From assembly GCA_049975265.1 (NCBI GenBank), contig JBNGDF010000041.1, forward strand, positions 1-16,985: 16,985 nt of DNA, written 5' to 3'. Numbering within the stretch: the stretch's first letter is position 1; each line of letters opens with the position of its first letter. This stretch comes from Fidelibacterota bacterium (GTDB taxonomy: Bacteria > Fidelibacterota > UBA2242). Position numbers and translations under genes: made by a program. Positions 1 to 6,678 of this stretch are shown here, one piece after another. The notes under the pieces were generated by a model. The model saw only the letters and a list, made by a program, of their open reading frames with translations. It did no database searches and was not told where the DNA came from.

Positions 1-1149
1 ATCAAACGCATATTCAACCAAATCAAGCACTTCCGTCCGATCCGCCGCCCACAAATCCAGATAGTAATTACCCGGATTCAGCGGGACATTTTTTACATGG
101 CAGAAAATTGAAGTGTTATTCTCAGTATTACCGAAGTCATATTGGGAATCTTTGCTGTAGAGTTGCGTCAGGGTCTGTCCGAGTTTGTCTCTCAGCGTGA
201 TGGCGATACGCAGGTTTGTTACCGGCTGCCGGACTTCCAGATCCAGTTTGATAATGAAATCATCGCCCGTGGCGATTTCCGGTTTTGGCTGCATCTTCTC
301 ATCTAGAATCCGGACTTGAGAAAATTTCACAGAACCGTTTCCAGAGCGGACAACTGTCGGAGAGAGCAGATTTTCCGGTTGTGTCTGGTGTTTATGCAAG
401 TTGTAGTAATGTTCAATCGCCTCGGGCGTATCACCGTCGAATACCTTTTCCCCGGCATTGATCACAATTGTGCGGTTACACAATTTTTCTATTGCGGCGA
501 GGTTGTGACTGACGAAGAGAACTGTGCGCTTGCTCTGAGTGATACTGTCGATTTTATTCAGACACTTTTTTTGAAATTCGTAATCGCCGACTGCCAGAAC
601 CTCGTCAATCAGAAGGATGTCGGAATCGAGATGGGCGGCGATGGAAAACGCCAACCGCACATACATCCCGCTGGAGTAGCGCTTGACCGGCGTATCCAGG
701 AATTTCGAATCAATTCCCGAAAAGGCGACAATATCATCGAATTTGGCTTTGATCTCGGTGCGTTTCATGCCCAGAATAGCGCCGTTCAGGAAGATATTCT
801 CCCGCCCGGTGAGGTCGGGATGGAAACCCAGACCGATGTCGAGCAGAGATGAAACACTGCCGTGAATTTTAATTTCGCCGCCGGTTGGCGGAGTGATCCG
901 GCTGATCAGCTTCAGTAACGTGCTTTTCCCGGAACCGTTGAATCCGATGATTCCCAGAACTTCACCGGGATAAACCTCCAGATCAAAATTCCGTAATGCC
1001 CGGACGACTTTCTGGTCAGCGAGTAGCGGCGGCGGATTTTTACGGAAAAAGGCTCCGAACCGGTCACGCAGCGTATCAAATGCCACTTTCTGTCCCAGAC
1101 GGTACTGCTTGGACAGGTTCTGAATTTGAATGACGGGTGTTGATTCCAT
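1..1149 (-). CDS. wzt: Polysaccharide ABC transporter ATP-binding protein with a Wzt-type C-terminal domain; 3' end runs off the window
   Basis: Absent from the ORF track; translated by hand from the ATG at 1149 (MESTPVIQIQNLSKQYRLG). It shows Walker A GFNGSGKSTLL, GFHPDLTGRENI, signature YSSGMYVRLAF, Walker B LLIDEVLAVGD and H-loop FVSH. A beta-rich C-terminal region follows (VPLNPGNYYLDLW). The frame is open to position 1 and starts 1 nt after the wzm stop. Confidence 0.93.
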   Translation of the reverse strand, partial: MESTPVIQIQNLSKQYRLGQKVAFDTLRDRFGAFFRKNPPPLLADQKVVRALRNFDLEVYPGEVLGIIGFNGSGKSTLLKLISRITPPTGGEIKIHGSVSSLLDIGLGFHPDLTGRENIFLNGAILGMKRTEIKAKFDDIVAFSGIDSKFLDTPVKRYSSGMYVRLAFSIAAHLDSDILLIDEVLAVGDYEFQKKCLNKIDSITQSKRTVLFVSHNLAAIEKLCNRTIVINAGEKVFDGDTPEAIEHYYNLHKHQTQPENLLSPTVVRSGNGSVKFSQVRILDEKMQPKPEIATGDDFIIKLDLEVRQPVTNLRIAITLRDKLGQTLTQLYSKDSQYDFGNTENNTSIFCHVKNVPLNPGNYYLDLWAADRTEVLDLVEYAFD

Positions 1150-1150
1150 T

Positions 1151-1975
1151 TTAGACCAGGTCGGCGAAGCGGTTCTGAGCCCGGTGAAAATACCCAATGC
1201 CAATAATGAAAATGAGCATGGATCCGATCAACGAAACAAATAAAAAATTCCACTGAAAAGGCTGATTCAAAACCGCCGACCGGAAGCCCGAAACGATCCC
1301 CGTCAGCGGATTCAGATTCAGTAGAAATTCAAACCTGCTTCCAATCAGCGAAACAGGATAAATCACCGGTGTCAGAAACATCCAGATGGAGAGCAGAAAG
1401 GGCACAATGTGCCGAAAATCCCGATAGATTCCCGAAAGCCCCGCTATCCACGCACCAAATCCAACTGCCGCAATTACGGTCAGCAGGATTAGTGGGACAG
1501 TCATAACAAGATGCGTAGTAAAAGGAAACCCATAATAGATCATAATGCCGACCAGCAGGATAAAGGATATTCCAAAATCAATCAGCTGACTGCCGATGGC
1601 GCTGAGCGGAATGAGCAGCCGGGGGAAATAGACTTTACTGATCAGTCCGGCGTGGTTAATAATGGAATTGTTGCAGGCGGACATGGAATTAGCGAAGAAC
1701 GTCCAGGGGATCAGGGCGGAGTAGACGAAAATCGGATAAGGGACATTGTCGGAGGGAATTTTAGCAAGCCTTCCGAAAATAATCGAGAAGACCACCATTT
1801 GCATAGCCGGCTGGATTACCGCCCAAATGACGCCGATCAGGGTCTGTTTATACTTGATAATAAAATTTTTAACGGTCAAAAAGTATAACAGATCCCGATA
1901 ACGGACCAGTTCTCTAACGGATAATCCGATTGATTGCCGACCGGGCGCGGTTATGATTGTTTCGGTGCTGGGCAT
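1151..1975 (-). CDS. wzm: ABC-2 type polysaccharide transporter permease
   Basis: Motifs KYKQTLIGVIWAVIQP, LISKVYFPR, YRDFRHIVPF, TPVIYP and LNPLTGIVSGFR; about six hydrophobic segments; adjacent to wzt. Confidence 0.95.
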   Translation of the reverse strand: MPSTETIITAPGRQSIGLSVRELVRYRDLLYFLTVKNFIIKYKQTLIGVIWAVIQPAMQMVVFSIIFGRLAKIPSDNVPYPIFVYSALIPWTFFANSMSACNNSIINHAGLISKVYFPRLLIPLSAIGSQLIDFGISFILLVGIMIYYGFPFTTHLVMTVPLILLTVIAAVGFGAWIAGLSGIYRDFRHIVPFLLSIWMFLTPVIYPVSLIGSRFEFLLNLNPLTGIVSGFRSAVLNQPFQWNFLFVSLIGSMLIFIIGIGYFHRAQNRFADLV

Positions 1976-2012
1976 GAAAAAATCGTTGCTCTGTTTACGG
2001 CTTCGCCGTCCT

Positions 2013-2041
2013 CAGTCCCATGTTAATAAAATTTGGGACTG
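2013..2041. promoter_or_regulatory. Intergenic inverted repeat CAGTCCCA-N13-TGGGACTG (possible regulator site or RNA hairpin)
   Basis: Perfect 8-bp arms (2013-2020 and 2034-2041) around an AT-rich 13-nt spacer, in the 124-bp gap upstream of wzm. The function is inferred only. Confidence 0.35.
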
Positions 2042-2099
2042 CTTATAAATGTCACCGGATTAAATATCTGCATCTTTTGCCAGAAATTCAGTAAAAAAC

Positions 2100-3227
2100 T
2101 TAGATATAATAACCGAGGACATCATAAATTCGGACCAGCGCCTGTTCTTCATTTGGAAATTGGGATGGATATTTCTGGCACAGCACTTTAGCAAGCGCTT
2201 TAAATGTCATTTTTTGTTGAAGATGCTTAAAAATGGTCTGGGCAATCAGCCCGTCTTGATTAAGATGCACAGATTTTTCGGGATTGAATTTCTGCAGAAA
2301 TTCTTTACTGCCGATTTTCGAAATGAAGGTGTTGTAATCCTGCCCGGTGTCATGAAATTTAACCGACCAGCGGTAGTTGACATCACCCGAATATCTGGAC
2401 TGATAGCTGTGCAATTCCACGTCGACAAGGTCGCCTTTTTTGACCGTGACAGGATATCGGATTGGAAAGAACAGCTGCCCCCAGGTGTTCGCCGGAGCGA
2501 GGGGCGAATTGGAGAAAAAGTGGTCTGGCGTGAACCAGCAATCCCACCAGCCGGCGAGACCGTGGAGCGTGCCGTCATGGTCAATCGTGATTTTATCGGA
2601 AAAATGAAAATCGACATTCCGGCAGGTGATCAGGTCAAATTTTACCAGAGGAATGTCCCGGCTCAGCAGGCGCAATTTTTTGCCACTTACGGAATGGGTT
2701 TTATTAAACATCAGCTCGGTGAGATATTCCCAGTCAATTCCGTAAACCCGGTCGTTTTTCCAGCTGCCGGACCGGTGCGTCTGAAAAAATTCGGGATATT
2801 CCACCGGCGCAAATTTTAATTGAAAATCGTTGGGAATAAATTTGCCTGTGGGTTTTAAAAAGCGTTCACGGGCGTCGCTAAGCGTATCCATTAGTCCGGG
2901 AAATAGAAACAGCGGTGGATAATCTTCCATGATGATGTAGTCTACTTTTTCCGGCAGGGTGACATTTTTGGAGTGATCATTGAAAAATGTGATCTTTTCT
3001 GCCAGTCTGTTTCGGCGGGCGAGTTCCTTCCCGACGGCAAATATGGCGGCGTTCTCCATGGCATAGATTTTTCTTGCCCCACTCATGGCGGCAAAGAAGG
3101 AATAGGTGCCCAGCCCGAAGCCGATTTCGGCAACGACGGTATCATTATTGACCAGAGTAGTGATGGCTTTCCGGAAAGCTTCAATCCGCAGATCGTCGTA
3201 GAGCAGATGGCGGTAATAATCCAGCAT
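2100..3227 (-). CDS. PRMT-like class I SAM-dependent methyltransferase with beta-barrel domain and a probable C-terminal winged-helix (PqqD-like) extension
   Basis: HLLYDDLRIEAF resembles PRMT ML.D..R..AY. Also present: motif I VVAEIGFGLG, post-I KIYAME, LPEKVDYIIME, ARERFLKPTGKFIP, and barrel motifs HGLAGWWDCWF and SNSPLAPANTWGQ (THW-loop equivalent). Its start overlaps the kinase stop (TAATG at 3227). Confidence 0.8.
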   Translation of the reverse strand: MLDYYRHLLYDDLRIEAFRKAITTLVNNDTVVAEIGFGLGTYSFFAAMSGARKIYAMENAAIFAVGKELARRNRLAEKITFFNDHSKNVTLPEKVDYIIMEDYPPLFLFPGLMDTLSDARERFLKPTGKFIPNDFQLKFAPVEYPEFFQTHRSGSWKNDRVYGIDWEYLTELMFNKTHSVSGKKLRLLSRDIPLVKFDLITCRNVDFHFSDKITIDHDGTLHGLAGWWDCWFTPDHFFSNSPLAPANTWGQLFFPIRYPVTVKKGDLVDVELHSYQSRYSGDVNYRWSVKFHDTGQDYNTFISKIGSKEFLQKFNPEKSVHLNQDGLIAQTIFKHLQQKMTFKALAKVLCQKYPSQFPNEEQALVRIYDVLGYYI

Positions 3228-4081
3228 TAAAATCCCCCGGCTAATTGTGTGCGCAGCTTCGCCTGCTGTTTTTCTGTCAGTGTAAATGGATTCGGCAGAT
3301 GCAGTTCAAAATGGCGGATGTCGTTGAAAATCGAAGAGGTAAAATCGAACAGCATGGTTTGTAATATTTCCGGATTTTGCAGATGGTTCAGCAACAGCGG
3401 CAATGCTTCGTACTGTTTCAGCCTTTTAATTGAAAAATACGAAGACTCTGAGTTTTTCAGGTAATAAATCTGTTTCAGTGGCGTGGATTTGTTCCGGAGA
3501 ACACCAAATTCTGAAGGCGGGAAGTAGTGAATTTCCAGTCGTTTTTTTTCAGTCTGATAGACGGTATTTAGAAATTTCTCTTTGCGAGCCGAATCAATTG
3601 GGTGATGGGGCTTGATGATGATATTGCGGAGGAAGGGCTGAATCGTCAGGTTCGCCGCATCCAGGATGCCGAATTCATCGGACAGCAGTTGCCAATCGGT
3701 TTTCATTAGCACCAGACTCAGACTGGTTTTACCGGTGCCCGAATGCCCGATGAAGAGAGCTCCTCTGTTTTTATGGCTGAGTGCCGCGGCGTGAAATTTA
3801 ATATAGTTTTTATAGGCATTTAAAAAATCGTTGACAATTTGCCATTCCAGCGCATAGATGATTTTATGACTGTTCCGATTGCGGTGTGTCAGGCGGCGGT
3901 TTCGATAGAGTAAATATTTCTCGCTCTCTTGCCTGATCTGATAATTAATCTCATTGTCGTCGGTGGTGGGATTATTTGTTATTAATCCGGAAAACACGCT
4001 GGTGCGGATATTTTGTTCAAGTTCAGGTGGAGAACCGATCATAATGGTTTTCGCCGGAGTGGGTATTGAGAGATAGTTCAT
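3227..4081 (-). CDS. HPr kinase-related P-loop kinase
   Basis: FHAAAL, Walker A GHSGTGKTS and WQLLSDEF match the HprK-related kinase pattern. It overlaps the PqqD gene by 4 bp (ATGA). Confidence 0.82.
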   Translation of the reverse strand: MNYLSIPTPAKTIMIGSPPELEQNIRTSVFSGLITNNPTTDDNEINYQIRQESEKYLLYRNRRLTHRNRNSHKIIYALEWQIVNDFLNAYKNYIKFHAAALSHKNRGALFIGHSGTGKTSLSLVLMKTDWQLLSDEFGILDAANLTIQPFLRNIIIKPHHPIDSARKEKFLNTVYQTEKKRLEIHYFPPSEFGVLRNKSTPLKQIYYLKNSESSYFSIKRLKQYEALPLLLNHLQNPEILQTMLFDFTSSIFNDIRHFELHLPNPFTLTEKQQAKLRTQLAGGF

Positions 4082-4356
4082 GAACGTTTTAACAGATCCA
4101 GCGCCTGGAATTGGTTGATGATATCCGTGACGGCTTTTTCGGGATCGAGTTCGAAATCTTTGAAATGGTTCTTTACCAGTTCAAGGATGTCGCGGATGGA
4201 ATGGTTGCCGTCGCAATGTACCCAGATGAAAGCCGCCGAAGGGTTCAGCGTATGGACCAGCTCGGTCTCCGGCTCGAACAGCACGGCGCCGTCATCCAGC
4301 GGTTTGAAAAGGATATTGTCTTTTTGTGTGGGGTGAAAGTTAAAATCGGTTATCAT
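4078..4356 (-). CDS. PqqD-family stand-alone RiPP recognition element (RRE) protein
   Basis: 92 aa; LDDGAVLFEPETELVHTLNPSAAFIWVHCDGNHSIRDI...L...LL is the classic PqqD three-strand/three-helix pattern. Confidence 0.92.
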   Translation of the reverse strand: MITDFNFHPTQKDNILFKPLDDGAVLFEPETELVHTLNPSAAFIWVHCDGNHSIRDILELVKNHFKDFELDPEKAVTDIINQFQALDLLKRS

Positions 4357-4359
4357 TGT

Positions 4360-5784
4360 TTAAATTGCACCTAATTTTACTTTTGTAACTTCATCCTGGA
4401 GCTCTTCGAGTTTTTCGGTCTCGATTTTTTCAATATACGGGATTGATATCACCAGTCCGCAGACCAGCCAGAAGGGTTCCATGATTCGGATGATGATAAA
4501 GGTATTGGCGCCGATGCTGTGTGTCATCATGGCAATCGTGGCGACAAAAAAGCCCTGGGCGAAATATTTAAAAAAGGGAATTTTTGCGTTCTTAAATACT
4601 TTCCAGGTTTCAAGCAATACGGAATACAGAAGATATAAAAACAGACCGAGACCGATAAAACCGGTTTCGATTAATACACGCATATATTGAGCATCCAGAA
4701 ATCGCCAGCCGGTAATACCATAACCGAATAAGGGACTCTTTTTAATTCCCTGCCAGGCATCCCGCCAACTCCGGATTCGCTCCGAAGCGGAGGTGTCCAG
4801 AGTGACGCCGCCGATATTTTCCTGCAGGGTAGCGGCATAACCTGTTTGTTTTTGGAAAGTGTATCGAAACCTGTCGATAACAGCATCAGGCAGGATGATT
4901 GGCGCCATGAGCAGAAAGAAGGCGGTAAAACCGATGATAATCCAGCGCCGGTTACTGAGAAAAATATAGGCGATCAGTACCGGAATTGCCGCTGCCCAGG
5001 AGCCCCGGGAGTTTGTCAGAAAGAAGGGGAAAATAGAGATAGCCGTGATCCATAACAGCAAACGCCGGTATTTCGGCTGGGGAATGATTCCGGGCTGTAA
5101 AACGAGACTTAGATTGATCGCAATGATAAAAATCAGGTAACCGCCAAGGGTATTGGGTTCTCCGGCATCCCCCTCAAAAGGCGCTGTCAGGCGCTTGCCG
5201 GACGGTATTTGCAGTAATGCCACGATGACCACGATGGTAAAAGTTACCAACAGTGCAATCACAAAGTTATCAAACTGCTTTTTTGAGCGGACCTGATTGA
5301 CGACGAGAAAATAGACCAGGAAATATTCGATATATTTTAATACGAAAAACAGACCGCTTAGCGGATTGACATTATGAAATAGCATTCCGGCGCCGGTGGC
5401 AAAGAAACAGATGAAGGTATAATAAGCGATCGGTTTGTTCAACGGAGATTTTCTGAACAGTCCCAAATCTTTATAGAGGGCTGTCTTCGCTAACCAGGTG
5501 AACAGAATAATGAATAAGAGGACATCGTCGATTCGGATGGTTACGCCTTCTCCGTGAGTTGTTCTGCTTCCAAATTCCGGTGACAGTAGCATCGAGAAAA
5601 TCAGGGCATAAATGGCAAAATCTGTATCGATAAAGGTCAGGACCAGAACGCCCAGCCCGATAGCCGCGGTGATCGCATAAACGGTATCCACTTTCACCAA
5701 AATTAAGGCGACTACAATAGAGATAGGAATGGCGATGATCGTTGTGATCAGGTTGGTGTTGTAATCGAGGAGCCGGTTTGCCAT
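4360..5784 (-). CDS. O-antigen ligase / Wzy_C family polytopic membrane protein
   Basis: About 12 hydrophobic segments; motifs EPNTLGGYL, LTNSRGSW, SASERIRSW, SPLFGYG and DAQYMRVLIETGFIGL. Confidence 0.85.
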   Translation of the reverse strand: MANRLLDYNTNLITTIIAIPISIVVALILVKVDTVYAITAAIGLGVLVLTFIDTDFAIYALIFSMLLSPEFGSRTTHGEGVTIRIDDVLLFIILFTWLAKTALYKDLGLFRKSPLNKPIAYYTFICFFATGAGMLFHNVNPLSGLFFVLKYIEYFLVYFLVVNQVRSKKQFDNFVIALLVTFTIVVIVALLQIPSGKRLTAPFEGDAGEPNTLGGYLIFIIAINLSLVLQPGIIPQPKYRRLLLWITAISIFPFFLTNSRGSWAAAIPVLIAYIFLSNRRWIIIGFTAFFLLMAPIILPDAVIDRFRYTFQKQTGYAATLQENIGGVTLDTSASERIRSWRDAWQGIKKSPLFGYGITGWRFLDAQYMRVLIETGFIGLGLFLYLLYSVLLETWKVFKNAKIPFFKYFAQGFFVATIAMMTHSIGANTFIIIRIMEPFWLVCGLVISIPYIEKIETEKLEELQDEVTKVKLGAI

Positions 5785-5792
5785 TTATGAGG

Positions 5793-6167
5793 TTAAAATC
5801 CTTCGGATTCTTCCAATTCCTTTTCGAAGTACTTTTCGTATTCCTTCAGCTCTTTATCTCCGCGGTTTTCGAGAATATCAATATATTCTTCATTATAATT
5901 CTTGTTTCTTTCCCGATAACTTTTTTCGTAATCCTGGCGCAGTTTGGTTTCCCGCCGGACTGCCGAACCCTTTATAAACATTCGTGCAATTGTTTCTTCC
6001 ATGCGCATATTGCTGACCATGATGGTAATCCAGCGGGGAATACCCTTGATAACCACCTGTATTCCAAAAGCGATCAGAAAACTAAGCGGAATGATGGCAT
6101 ATAAGATTTTCTTCTCTATGCTTTTCAGCTTCCGTTTTTTCCGTCTTGAATGGTAGTGATAACCCAT
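5793..6167 (-). CDS. Small single-pass membrane protein, 'MGYH' paralogue 2 (unknown function)
   Basis: Fills the gap between neighbours (12-nt and 8-nt spacings). It has a basic N-terminus, one TM segment and a charged Tyr/Glu-rich tail, and resembles the adjacent gene. Confidence 0.8.
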   Translation of the reverse strand: MGYHYHSRRKKRKLKSIEKKILYAIIPLSFLIAFGIQVVIKGIPRWITIMVSNMRMEETIARMFIKGSAVRRETKLRQDYEKSYRERNKNYNEEYIDILENRGDKELKEYEKYFEKELEESEGF

Positions 6168-6179
6168 ATAAATTACACT

Positions 6180-6641
6180 CTATGGAAAGTCTTTTTCTTC
6201 TTCGAAAATCTCCTGATATTTTTTGATTTCCTGTTTGCGCTCGCGGCGTTCGATTTCCTGATAAATACCATCGTCGTGTTCAGTTTGATTCCGGCGATAC
6301 TTCTCAAAATCACGAATGAGGTCCTCTTTTGAGGGTGTATAGGGGTTGGAGCTATATTTAAATGTTCCAATTTCGTAAGATTCGTCTACCTGATAGTTTT
6401 TCTCAGTCCGGAAACTGGCATCTTTTTCTTTCTGGGCGGCATATCCGGCGATAATTTTGCGTGATCGGTCGGCTTGCTGATTAATATAAGTTAAAATGTT
6501 ATCAAGAAATACCGGTATTCCACGTACGGTAAGCTGGATAACGAGAGCTGCGAGGATTGTTACCGGGATTCCGATCTTGAGAACGAGTTTGTCACCCCGT
6601 TGCAGGCGCTTTTTTTTCTTTTTGTTGAAATGATAACCCAT
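6180..6641 (-). CDS. Small single-pass membrane protein, 'MGYH' paralogue 1 (unknown function)
   Basis: MGYHFNKKKKKRL followed by a TM segment (IGIPVTILAALVIQLTVRGIP) and a charged tail; same architecture as 5793..6167. Confidence 0.8.
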   Translation of the reverse strand: MGYHFNKKKKKRLQRGDKLVLKIGIPVTILAALVIQLTVRGIPVFLDNILTYINQQADRSRKIIAGYAAQKEKDASFRTEKNYQVDESYEIGTFKYSSNPYTPSKEDLIRDFEKYRRNQTEHDDGIYQEIERRERKQEIKKYQEIFEEEKDFP

Positions 6642-6678
6642 ATATTTTTTATGTCTGTCCGGCGACGGTGTTCCAATT

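Noticed and set aside
316..852. Plus-strand 178-aa ORF (and 683..865 +, 912..1253 -)
   Set aside because: These are shadow frames over the clearly recognisable wzt gene.
2023..2073. 16-codon minus-strand ORF MQIFNPVTFISSPKFY as a RiPP precursor for the RRE cassette
   Set aside because: It has no ribosome-binding site, is too short for leader plus core, and lacks a recognisable leader motif. Conservation data could reopen the question.
2069..2082. Sigma-54 promoter-like TGGCAAAAGATGCA upstream of wzm
   Set aside because: The GG-to-GC spacing is 8 nt rather than the required 10.
2100..3227. Ribosomal protein L11 methyltransferase PrmA
   Set aside because: It lacks the PrmA N-terminal domain and FGTG.H.TT motif, and instead has PRMT-type barrel motifs.
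3227..4356. Lasso peptide cluster or PQQ biosynthesis operon
   Set aside because: No lasso cyclase, B2 peptidase, precursor or pqqA/B/C genes are in the window.
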